Part shown: one piece after another, positions 1-10,907 of the stretch
How positions within the stretch are numbered: position 1 is the first letter of the stretch
Layout of the letters: the number at the start of each line of letters is the position of its first letter
Assembly: GCA_002269645.1 (NCBI GenBank)
Contig: NIVC01000900.1
Span: forward strand, 338,117 to 402,116
DNA from: Macrostomum lignano
Lineage: Eukaryota
Direction: 5' to 3'
DNA length: 64,000 nucleotides
The notes under the pieces: generated by a model
Seen by the model: the letters and a program-made list of their open reading frames with translations, nothing else
Databases searched by the model: none
Told to the model about the DNA's origin: nothing
Made by a program: the position numbers and the translations under genes

Positions 1-822
1 GTAACAACTCAGTTGTTGTGCAATCGTGCCCTTTTTCGCCCCGTGCCCCGTCCTAACCCTTCCAGTCTGCCCCACCCCTCCATTTTTCTGATTAATCGAT
101 GCGTACGCCGATCACGCCATCTCGCACCACCTCCCCCTACTGTACCGTACATCTGTTCTAAATGTATTCATGTACTCGTAGGTCAGATAATAAATATAAT
201 TAATTTGCTGTCTATCTGCATGATATGCTTTGCTGTGATATGCTTTTGCTTCGATCCATGACTTGATCATCCTGCTCCTGCAATCTCCAACATTTTCAAT
301 TCGCATTACAGGATAGATATGTATTTCAAAGGCCACTACTGTGAACATTTCATTTGAGACTCACGGTTGAGCTAGCTTTATTAGCACATTGTTAGACATG
401 TAAATACGCGCTTTGCCTGTCTATTCCACGAGTGTTAAAAATCACGGAGAGCATCAGTAGCCTAACTTTGCTACTATATACTAGTAACACGGCAAAAATT
501 TTATTCGTGCATCAAAATTGTATTCTTAGTATAGCTACACACTCATAAAATTAGAACATGGAGCGTAGTAGTCAATTACGAATAACAAAGAACAAGATTA
601 ACCAGTGTTAGCACTGTGATGAACTTTAATTTATTAGAGAATGCACTTTGCTTAGTAGCCGTCAACGGCTGAGAATCCTATTGATGTCTATGGACATTTG
701 TACAGTTCAATTCTGTGGCTTAAAGAGTTGCCAAAATATAATTGAAAAAGACCAAGCGTCTGCAGAGTTAAGCTAAAGGCTGAGACTCGATCAATTTACT
801 TACTCGTCCCAAAAAACGAACA

Positions 823-1350
823 CTGGCGACGACGGCTGGTCTTATCGAGCCTCTGGAGACAGAAGCCCCAGCGGAAATTGAGCGCTGGTTCCAACGCTTC
901 GAAGCAGTTTCCAAGCTGAACAAGTGGGATGACACCGCTCAGAAGTTCGCCCTCATCGCACACCTCGGCAAGAAGGCCTTCGCACTGTTGGCGGACGCGC
1001 TATTGCCAGATAAGCCTGACGCCAAGACCTACGCTGATCTGAAAACTCAGCTGATCAAGGAGACGAAAGCGGCGAAATCCGAGATTGCATACCGCGTACG
1101 CGTTCCATCACCTCAAGCAGGACGACGGCGAAGACGTTTCTGCCTACGCAAGAAGGCTGCGACTGGGTTCGGAGAACTGCGGCTTTTCAACCGCCGAACT
1201 GAAAGACCGCCTGCGGGACCAATTTATCTTCGGATTGTCGAACAAGGAGATCGTAAGAAAGTTGCTAACGGAGAAACTGAAAGATCTGACGTGGGAAAAA
1301 GTAACTACGGTGGCCAATGCATGCGAGGCCGTAAGTCGCGGCGAGAGATT
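823..1350 (+). mobile_element. Ty3/Gypsy LTR-retrotransposon gag remnant (frameshifted, truncated) with candidate primer-binding site
   Basis: Frame from 823 reads LATTAGLIEPLETEAPAEIERWFQRFEAVSKLNKWDDTAQKFALIAHLGKKAFALLADALLPDKP...EIAYR. One extra G at 1096 shifts it into YAFHHLKQDDGEDVSAYARRLRLGSENCGF...LKDRLRDQFIFGL...LTWEK, a typical Gypsy capsid-like gag. It breaks off into a (TTTGA)-like run at ~1350. AACA (819-822) followed by TGGCGACGA (824-832) looks like an LTR end plus PBS. Confidence 0.8.
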
Positions 1351-1847
1351 TTTGATTTTGATTTTGATTTGATTTATTGACAGAACTCGGCCGAATTCAT
1401 TTTGATTCTTTTGAAAAATAACAAATATTTTTATCAAGCTGTGCATTACTGAAAAGTTTTACCGATTAATATAGTTGACTACATCAGTATAATAGCGAGT
1501 GTTTAATCTTGCAATCTTGCAAAATACGACTTCGTTCATCGTAGTAAAACAAAATCTTAAAGAGAGAAGTTAGTTGCTGAAATTTAATTGCTGATTGATT
1601 TTTTCGGAGCAAAGACGTCTTTAGGAGAAGACAATGCGCTTGATAATTATGAGTTGATAACCATCAGTTGAAAAGTTAAAAAGTGCATTGTAAACGGAAA
1701 GAAAAACAATATTTAATGGAGTACATGCTCATAACAGAAGCGTGAAATAAAATAATTTGTAAGGATTTAGCTCGTAAACACACTGCAATCTTTTACACCG
1801 CGGATCGCTACAAAGGAAATCTTATTTTCCTTTGCTGATTTCTTACA

Positions 1848-2690
1848 TTAAATTTTGAAGTACCAGAAGGGATCGGCGCATTCGCAGGCTCCAAGCATCG
1901 CGTGATAACTCGATCTGTCGTTCAAACCAAAGTACTGAATTCTGGCTCGCTTGTCGCTTTCGTAGGTTCCGCTACCCTTACCGGCTTGCCAGACTCCTCC
2001 GCTTGTCGTGTTCAGCAGCGGCAGAGGCCAGCCACAGTCCGCCCACTCCCAGAGGTCGTCGTTCACCATCGATGCGCTAACCCAAATATCCTCGGTGGAA
2101 AATCCGGTTGAATTCCTCACGTCCTGCAGCTCCTCAACGCTGCCGAGATCAGCCAGCTTCGTCAGCCGCATGACGGACCCGTCCGAGCTGCTCAAGAAGC
2201 TCCGGCAGCTGTTGGCCTGAGCACTCCAGCTGGCCTCCTGCCCGCTCCCAGCAGCCTTGTACAGCGAGCCCTTGAAGCTGCTGCCGCTGACGCCGGACAC
2301 CCAGCGATAGTCGGCGGGACAGAGCCGGCCCGGCTCGAGACCCTCCGACTGCTTGACGAAGACTCGGAGCTGCCGGCTGGCGCAGCCGCTGCTCGCTATC
2401 GAGCTGGCATCGAGCAGCAGCTGCGAGCTGCAGGCATCGAAGGAGAACAGCAGGCAGACCTGAGCGTCCGAGGCGTGTCCGGCCTCCATGGCGAAGGCCC
2501 GGCATCGCGGAGCTGCCCGACAGCGAATTGCGCAGGTCAAAACATCGACTTGAAGCTCCTGGTAGTGGCCTGGGGACACGCAGTTAGAGGTGATGATGGA
2601 ATGGAAGACTGCTCTCTGCCTGCAGCAGGGCGCCAGGTGACTCAGCAGCAGCAAAGTCAGCAGCAGTCGCGCAACCTCGTCTGTAAACAT
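1848..2690 (-). CDS. Secreted PAN/apple-like + C-type lectin-like domain protein (single exon, 280 aa)
   Basis: ATG at 2690 in GAGCCATG context. Hydrophobic signal (ARLLLTLLLLSHLAPC). PAN-type Cys pattern (LTCAIRCRAAPRCRAF...VCLLF), then CTLD landmarks (CPADY, SWSAQANSC, IWVSA, WEWAD, GLND, ACEC). Confidence 0.8.
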   Translation of the reverse strand: MFTDEVARLLLTLLLLSHLAPCCRQRAVFHSIITSNCVSPGHYQELQVDVLTCAIRCRAAPRCRAFAMEAGHASDAQVCLLFSFDACSSQLLLDASSIASSGCASRQLRVFVKQSEGLEPGRLCPADYRWVSGVSGSSFKGSLYKAAGSGQEASWSAQANSCRSFLSSSDGSVMRLTKLADLGSVEELQDVRNSTGFSTEDIWVSASMVNDDLWEWADCGWPLPLLNTTSGGVWQAGKGSGTYESDKRARIQYFGLNDRSSYHAMLGACECADPFWYFKI

Positions 2691-2740
2691 GGCTCGGGTT
2701 TAGGTAGAGATCGATGGGTGTGAAAGACGCCTGCTGCAGC

Positions 2741-2750
2741 TAAATTTATA
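2741..2750 (-). promoter_or_regulatory. TATA box of the PAN-CTLD gene
   Basis: Minus-strand TATAAATTTA; the TATAAA hexamer ends ~55 nt upstream of the ATG at 2690. Confidence 0.5.
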
Positions 2751-3987
2751 GGAAATTTTTTCTTGCTTAGTCGGTGCTTACTCGTGTTCAGCCAACTGTT
2801 TCCGCATGAGAAACAACCAGCATTTTGCGCTCTCTCTTGTGATTCCCATACAGAAAAGGATGACTACTGTGCCTTCTTTGTTTCGATTTCACAGCAGTTT
2901 TTCCATATCCGGTGTCCAGCCTACAGGGCTTAGAAATGCAAGACTAACAATAAGCTAGAAGCAGGAAGATGGAACAATAGAACTAGAGAAAGCAGGGGCC
3001 GCAGTAGTGCGCAGCAGCGCATGGCAAAAGTACAGCAATTACTCCATCATTTCAGACAGAAATAGATGGCGAGGCGGAAACAGGCGTAGGCGGCCGGTGC
3101 GGAGGCCGCTCCAGAGGAGGAGCGGTGCGGACCAAGGATGATATATAACAACTGGATTGTCAGACTACTCCACCTAAAAGGATTGAATATGCCTAAAATA
3201 TGTGACTTGCAAAACCCCTGCTTCCAACTCATTGGCTGCTATTTTTAGCTCACTTCTTATACCGGCCTATGTAAAAACTGCCTGATGGTGGTTAGAAAAC
3301 TACGCGTAGCTAGGGACGGGAGGGCTCGCGAGCCGTGGTGGGTAGAGAAATAAATTTAGAGGTGCGTTTGCAAGGTTGTTATATATATATTCCTAGTGTA
3401 CTTGAAACCCTGCAGCCAATCAGCATGAAGGAGGGGATTCGCGAGTCAAAAATTTAGGCATGCTTTAGCGCCAGCCTGATAATCCAAGTGTTATATATCC
3501 TCCTTGGTGCGGGTGCATTTGGGACCGACTTTGTCCCAGTGCTCGAGTTAAGGGGTAACCCCATCTGGCGTAGCAACCGTGGACGGACGCGGACGCGCGG
3601 ACCGGCCTGTACAAAAGGACTGTGAAAGAACTTAAGACTGAACCTCCCCCGGATACTCTAACGCAACCAGAGTAAACTGGAGGAGGCTCACCGCCCAACC
3701 CTCGCCCCGTTAGCAACATACATGTCTAGGCTCAATTCTGTTGCATGCACTGTTTGTGTAAACCTACGGTCGTCAACCAGGGGATATTCCACCCCATCGA
3801 CGGAAGGGGAAGAAATTGTGGCAAACGGAAAATAGACTCAAACTGAGCCCAGAGCGGCACTTCTAGTCTCAGAAACCGTTTGCAAAGTTGAGTTGCACGA
3901 TTATACTGAATTAAGTACCGAAGTAGCCAACCGTTCAGCGACGTAGAGTCTTACACAGCCTTTCTTGCAGAGCATCACTCCTTAATA

Positions 3988-4155
3988 GGCAGTACGCAAG
4001 GTCGGTGTGAATATAAACTGGGGCTCGCTAGGGACTCCTGTCGAGCTGTGCGGCGTGCGCCGGTACTACGCGTCCAGATATTCATCGACATCTGCCGTTT
4101 AGTCTTTGCCTTCGGCGACGGCTGAGAGGATGGCTTTGTTGAGGCCTGTGGTCAG
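3988..4155 (-). mobile_element. Degenerate Ty3/Gypsy integrase fragment
   Basis: Minus frame reads LTTGLNKAILSAVAEGKD*TADVDEYLDA*YRRTPHSSTGVPSE...LRT. This matches the Gypsy integrase C-terminal core (W...L..YR.TPHS.TG.SP...LRT), with two in-frame stops. Confidence 0.65.
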
Positions 4156-5049
4156 TTTATGACTCTAAAAGTGCTCACAGCGGCTGGGCTATACTCGTAC
4201 CCAGTAACAATCAAAAGAGATGAATTTTTCTCACTTATTGCGACATGCGAGTGACGCAAATTACGGCACGCGCGAAGCTTATTGCTTCTTGGGGGTTCTC
4301 CGATGCGGTCCCCAGACATGAATCCCATCAACAAGCTGTTGGTCTTTGGAGGCTTGCGGGCTGACCCACCTGGCTGGCGGCGGCGCAGCATGCTGACGCC
4401 TTCGGAGGTGGCAGCGCTTTTCGGCCGCCTCATGAGTTCTCGCCAGCTGTAGAGTCTGCTGATATTTGATGCTGATATTTGGTAAGTTTAAGAGTCGCTT
4501 CCTTAGAGCGTCGCTCGATCAGTGACTTCTGCAGGTCTCCAAACTGACAAATTGCCCTCTTGAAGACAATTCCGGAATTGATATCTGATAAATACGACGT
4601 TTTCGCTGCCTTTAAACAGCTGTTTGCTGAAGAACTGGATAAGTATTGCAATGTTTGCACTTTGGCCTTCGGCGATCGTTTTGCTGTTTGCGATCTCTTT
4701 TGTTTTGTTTGTTTCTTTTCATTTTTCTGTTTTGCTGTCGCTGTCTTTCTTTTCGGCGGTGTAGAGCAGAATTTTCCGCTTTTGGGTCTCACTGGTGATG
4801 CCGCTGGCCGCCAGCTAGCGCTGTAGGTTGTCAGCCCATTCTTGCCTACGTTTGCTGACAGTGTGTGGGTCTTCTCTAACGCTGAATGCTGCTGGGGCGG
4901 TATGGGCGTCTATGTATAGTTTGCCCTTTTTATTTTAACATGTGCAGAATAAGTCTTATAAGTTCATTGGCTTTTATGTTCAACTGCAAATTTCGATCGC
5001 CAGTTGAAACTTTTCTAACTTTCACTTGTGCAAACAATTAAGCGTGGGA

Positions 5050-5460
5050 ACAGGTGACACGACCAGGTGGCACGTCCAGGTGACACGACCAGGTGGCACG
5101 TCCAGGTGACACGACCAGGTGGCACGTCCAGGTGACACGACCAGGTGGCACGTCCAGGTGACACGACCAGGTGGCACGTCCAGGTGACACGACCAGGTGG
5201 CACGTCCAGGTGACACGACCAGGTGGCACGTCCAGGTGACACGACCAGGTGGCACGTCCAGGTGACACGACCAGGTGGCACATCCAGGTGACACGACCAG
5301 GTGGCACGTCCAGGTGACACGACCAGGTGGCACGTCCAGGTGACACGACCAGGTGGCACGTCCAGGTGACACGACCAGGTGGCACGTCCAGGTGACACGA
5401 CCAGGTGGCACGTCCAGGTGACACGACCAGGTGGCACGTCCAGGTGACATGTCCAGGTGT
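5050..5460. repeat. 26-bp minisatellite CCAGGTGACACGACCAGGTGGCACGT, ~16 near-identical copies
   Basis: Directly visible; each unit is two related 13-mers. Explains the three minus-strand repeat ORFs at 5015-5450. Confidence 0.95.
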
Positions 5461-6134
5461 CCTAGCCTATCCTCGTTCCTAAACTTATGAGCATTTTCTA
5501 ATGGCTCATATGCAGCAGTTGCAAGGCTATGGCTCGCTCTTGCGACGCCAATGTAATGGCTATCGTAAAAGGTCGAAGTGTGTTGACACGAAAAGTGGAG
5601 CCCTGTTGGGTGGGCCGATGATATTTATTTTTCCTACGATGGATATTAATCAAACTACCAGAGTGAGGGACAATCACCGCACTTGAAGTGCATGAATTTT
5701 ACATACTGTACGCAACGTTGATGTACATATGAATGCATATTGGGGCTGGTTTGGGCACTACGAGTGATTTTAATTGCAAGTGACATATTAAGTTATCTTA
5801 CTAGCTGAGAAAAACATTACTAGTCCTTGATATTTGAATATATTTGATTTGATTTTATCTAATATCAGTCAACATTTGTTTGGCATATACCAGTATTTAC
5901 AGCCAATCTTCTGCACCCGGATATATTGTATTTATTTTGAAGAAAATCTATATTAAAAAAAGATTTTCGGAATAGGAAAATTAGTAAATCGAAGGAAGAG
6001 AATTTCAAGAAAATGACTTAACGAGACGCTACAGAGAGAGCAGTAAACGAAAAAGACTTAGTATCTAAGCATATGGTGACGAATTCAAAGAATTTTTGTA
6101 TTCGAATTATTACTCGAATATTGTATTGTATTGA

Positions 6135-6186
6135 ATTTTCGTCCTTAAGCAAGACACACTTAACTTCAGTTCACCCAGATGTAAAT
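6135..6186 (+). mobile_element. Truncated SINE fragment (central domain only)
   Basis: GTCCTTAAGCAAGACACACTTAACTTCAGTTCACCCAG is identical to the middle of the SINE at 8893-9120. Confidence 0.75.
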
Positions 6187-6473
6187 ACATATTATTTACA
6201 CCAGTGCGTGAATGTGCAATGAAGATCTGTAATTGCACAAATTCAATACATGCCTCATGTTAAAGCTGTTACTCTCGCGAAGTCACGCTTGCCAAGTAGC
6301 TATCTTAAATCATTGTCAAAATTATCCGCGTACACTCTTCACTCTCATCAGGTGAATTTTCACAATTTTATAAACAAAAATTTGGCTGTTTAATTAGATT
6401 ATTTATCGATGCAGCAAGAAAGTTGGCTCTGGAATTATTCTAGCTAGTCACTTTGGCCAGAAATAGACAGAAA

Positions 6474-9400
6474 ATGCGATTGCTGCCATCTGGAGAAGGT
6501 GTAAAGCGATTTGTTTTACTCCTAATTCTTTGTCACTTGAAAATAGTTCGTTGCACGAGTAAGTGAACAGCGGTTCTGTTTTCTTTTTTACTTACTTTAA
6601 AATTATAGCAAAATAATAGTACATCAAAGCACATGACCGGTTTTGAACACATTTCAGGGCCTTGTACTAATCAAGTTCGCTTGGAAAAATTTTCCGGAAT
6701 CATAGATCACCCGGGTGCCGGCAAAAATTACTCAGCTGACTCAGATGTTTGCTGGCTAATCGAAATTGAAGGATCAGTTGCTATACGATTTACTAAATTT
6801 GATCTAGAAAACAACTATGACTGGATAAAAATCTATGAGGATACTACTCTTCCTGAGAGTGAAAGTAAAGTAAGGTTTCACCTTAACAAAGTGGAACAGG
6901 TGGCTAATTCTGAGTTTTGGCTGACTGGCAGGGTAGTACTAATTCGGTTCAAAAGCGACACCAGTGTTCAGAAGACTGGATTTCGTCTTAAGTATCGAAA
7001 AATTCCTTTTTACACACTGCCTGTTGCAGGTAAGTTTCCAATGGCAATACATGGTTAATATGGACTGCATAAAACTGCATATGTAGGTGATGGTGCATTC
7101 GCTAACTCTCATAATGTGAATTTTACTTGAGTAGTTGTTCGCTGCAAATTTCACTAATTATATAAAAAAATTTAAGTACTTAAATGGAGACTAGCCATTG
7201 TACATTGCAAATAGCTCAGATATTCGATCGTTTCGGTCTAAGTTTCGTTTAAATTGATTTTTTACGTTCTTCTATCCGCTTTACTAAGCCCTTTAATTTG
7301 CCAAAAAGGTGGACCATCAGCCGTTGAGATCATATCTGGTGCATCAGCTGGCGTAGTTCACAGCCACGCCGGGTTCGAAAAAGGCAAGAACTATTCGCAC
7401 AATGTCCAGCAGGCTTGGAGCATCAGAGCGCAGCCAAGCCAGCTAATTCGAGTCACATTCACCACGTTCAACACGGAAAAGAACTTTGACTTTCTGCGAA
7501 TATTTTCCGGTGCCTTGCCAAACGTTCAAAGCAGTGAAATGTATGCCAACCTGTCCGGCAACATAGCGAAACCGACGGATTATAATTTCTTCGGCAGTCT
7601 GACTTTTGTGTTCAGCTCGGACAGATCCAACGATGGGAAAGGCTTCAGATTTATGTATCAAATTTTGCAGACAGGTATGATAAACATGCAATCACATGTT
7701 TGTGATCGAATGTGTATAGTTTCTTTTCTGAAGTTGAATTTTTAAAAGTAGTTGGATCTCTTTTTGGCTTGATTGAAATTTGAGAGTTTGATTTGTAATA
7801 GCGAACTTAAAAGCGTATAATAGCACTGAGCATTGCAAATTTACCCGTGGAATATCAATGAAATATCTGGAGCATATAATAGAGAATCGGGAGTTACAGA
7901 CAACTGAAGTAGAAGTAGCTCGTACGCTACACTCGACTTTCTTACGCTAGAAGAGAGATGTATGTTTATCGTATCTGTATTTACTATACGTGCTTGGGAA
8001 CTCGAGTCATCAAACTTATCGGTTCCAGGTTATTTCATCAACCGTCATTTCGTCAACTGGTATTTTGTCAACCAGACATTAGGGCAACCGGACATATGAT
8101 TCAAGCTAAAATTATTCGTCCGCCATGTTAGCCGTTAACGATAACGATAGTTTTATCATAGAAAATATTGAAACCACGTCCAATGGTATTCAGGTACCAT
8201 AGTACGAGTATTGCGACACCATTGAGGACCGAACGCTTCTACGAAAACTTACCTCCAAGAAGTGTACACGTTTTAAACAAATTTGAAATCGCATTACCAC
8301 TTCTTACACTCTCTGGCTGGTGCAGCTATAACAGTCGCTACAATTTTCTGAGTTGCCATATTGTCTGGTTGACGAAAGGCCGGTTGACGAAATGCCGGTT
8401 GACGAAATGTCCGGTCACCAACTGATCAGTACAGCGGCAATGTTCACTCATATTTCAGACAATAGTCTTCAACCTGTTTTTCACAATTGGACCGGCAGTT
8501 TCTCCAAGGAGCTCGGCAGAACAGCCGATTTTAGTCTGATTGCCAAACCGGCGGACAGTGCTTTGAAAGCTCGCTGCAGCGTGCGGAAAGAGTGTGCAAA
8601 CCTCTCTGAGACGTTTGTGACGGTAATGCTATACAATTATCTTGGTATACATGTAGGTTTTTAGCCGATTACCAACCCTTCGCCTTCCACTGATCATCGA
8701 TCATCTCCACCACACTAAGACAAACGCATTAGCGATTGGATTGTGAATTAGCGAGAGGTATACAAATATTTAGACATAGCGATTTCGTCTTAGAATATGA
8801 TTGTTATTGTATTTGTTATACTACAGAACCTCAGACTTATCCCGTACGCTTAAGACTTGCTTTCATTTACGCTAGTACATATAATCATGTTAGGGTGCTG
8901 TAGCCTAGTAAGCTAGAGCGTCAGACTCGCAACTGAAAGGTCGGGGTTTGACTCTCGACCCCTCGGAACAATTTTTGTCCTTAAGCAAGACACACTTAAC
9001 TTCAGTTCACCCAGCTGTATAATGGGTACCAGCATTAGCTGGGTTAATTAAGGGTGTGTGTGGCGACCCACACAATGAGCATTATTGCCAATTTAATGTA
9101 ATTATTCATCTATTTTATTCTAGCGTGCGCCGTTCCCATGCTCGCCTGAGTCACCTGAAGTAACGTAGCATTGTATGTAGTTGAATCCCCACCCCACATA
9201 AAAAAGACCTAAAGACTCTTGAAAGTGGAAGCAGACTTTCATGGCACTTTGCACTTTCCCTTTACAATTTACTGTCATGAAACACTTGTGGTTGCGGCTT
9301 TTTATAAGAGTGCAGCTGTTCACAACTGCAACACTCCACCCACCTCTAATAAAACTGCAATGCATTAACCTAACCTATTCAATAATCTAAATCCAATTCT

Positions 9401-10907
9401 TAATGGTCATTGCAATAGTCTCTAAAATTATATTAGGTTAAATATCATCCTTATACTTAAATAGCCTAACTATGATGAAGTTTCTTTGCAAATCAGAGTG
9501 ATTGCTGAAAAACTGACAATTTTTCAGCTTTTACGAGCTGTGTGATCTTAAAATCAACAGTACCTCTACTCCCAACTTCCGAATCACAAGTGAAACAATA
9601 ATCTCTTCTAGCAGTGGTTTACTAAGAAGTTTAAAATGAATTTTAAAGCGAAGTAAACTGCAAGGTTAAAACGCATGCAAACTTAACTTTCAACTACTTC
9701 TAATGATTTAGAATGTTTATGCTAAACGGGTTACAGGCCACTTTTTCTTGAAGGAAAAATCGTACTATGAAAATTCCAATCTTTGTAAAAACCGTTTAAA
9801 GACTGCAAATGAATTCTACGTGCTGTTCTTGCAAAAATAATATTGTCTTTTTTACTAATAAAAACACTTTTATTGACATTTAAAAGCCATCAGAGTATCG
9901 ATATCTTGCTAACGAGACGAGGCTCAAGTTTCAACTTCGACCAAGAAAAAGTGACCCAGATTCGTTGTACTGTGTCGGCGCGGTTCTGTGCCACGTCTCG
10001 TGGAAATCCGAGGCCTATCGAAATATCGAATACTCACTGGACTTGCCGAAGCGTAAGATAGAATCAATTTGATTCTTTTTAACCAGTTGTAAACAATATT
10101 GAAATATTTGTCGCATGATTTCAGCGGATCCAACTTCATTGAGCATCCATCTCGTCAGACCAGATCTCTGGACACAGACAGGCTTAATCGAGTTTTTCGC
10201 TGTGTCCGAGTCTGTTTGTCCGAAAGTGAGACACCGCTGCGAGCTGAGAACAGAAGACGGAAGGATAGTGGAAGCCAGGATCCTTCAAGTGGTTTGTGAC
10301 CCAAATTCTTTTATGTAGTAGAGATTTTCAAAACAATATTGAGCAAATAAAATCGATTTCGCCATATAACTTTCAGACCGCGTCTCCCACTAAGCCGGCA
10401 AGTTGTCATATCAGTTCATTAAAAACCCTGTTTGCGACGCCGATTCCTGGCAATGGCAGTTTTGATGCAACAACAATAGCTTGTCGATTGAATGACGGCA
10501 ATTTTATCAAGTATCGAGTGACATCGAAAACTTTCACTGGTGAGCAGATTAAAAAAGTAATAATTTCTTTTATACTCGCTCGTAAAACTGCTTTCCAAAC
10601 TTATACATGAAGCAAGAAAATCATTTTTACAGCTCACCAAGAGTCACAGAAATCAATGAATGCATGGGAACGGCCGTTACATATAATAGCCTGGGTGGCT
10701 GCTGCAGTGGCTGTTACACTGCTTGTCGCTGTTATGATTCGAAACGCCAGGAACCGAAAAAAGCGTCACGGTCTTACCGCCGTCAACAGAGCCGCCCTGA
10801 AGATGAGCAAACAGGAGGTCGGGCACGGGCATAGTAGTAGTGCTTCTTTCAGAAACAACTCTTACTTAACAAATCATCCTGCTAATGAAGTAAGTTATGC
10901 TCGCTAA
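6474..10907 (+). CDS. Type I membrane protein: signal peptide, 2 CUB domains, 2 unrecognised Cys-containing domains, TM helix, short tail (~585 aa, 8 exons)
   Basis: Hand-assembled GT-AG exons with consistent phases: 6474-6558 (MRLLPSGEGVKRFVLLLILCHLKIVRCT), 6658-7029 (CUB1: PCT..NYSADSDVCW..FDLENNYDWIKIY..FKSDTSVQKTGF), 7309-7674 (CUB2: NY..FNTEKNFDFL..FSSDRSNDGKGF), 8459-8622, 9887-10052, 10125-10291 (or 10288), 10377-10539, 10633-10907 (TM: IIAWVAAAVAVTLLVAVMI followed by RNARNRKKR). Confidence 0.8.
8021..8419. mobile_element. MITE / non-autonomous DNA transposon in intron 3 of the CUB gene
   Basis: ~70-bp imperfect TIRs: left GGTTCCAGG...CATTTCGTCAAC...GTCAACCAGACA; right TGTCTGGTTGACGAAA...GTTGACGAAATG...CCGGTCACC. 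Internal subrepeats of CATTTCGTCAACCGG type. No clear TSD. Confidence 0.7.
8893..9120 (+). mobile_element. tRNA-derived SINE (intron 4 of the CUB gene)
   Basis: A-box-like GTAGCCTAGT..TAGAGCG and degenerate B-box GGTTTGACTC. Central CCTTAAGCAAGACAC...CACCCAGCTGTATAATGGGTACC and AT-rich tail. Homologous copy at 46680-46910. Confidence 0.8.

Noticed and set aside
8893-8965. tRNA gene candidates at 8893 and 46680
   Set aside because: Acceptor stems do not pair and both continue into a shared non-tRNA body and tail, so they are SINE heads, not tRNA genes.
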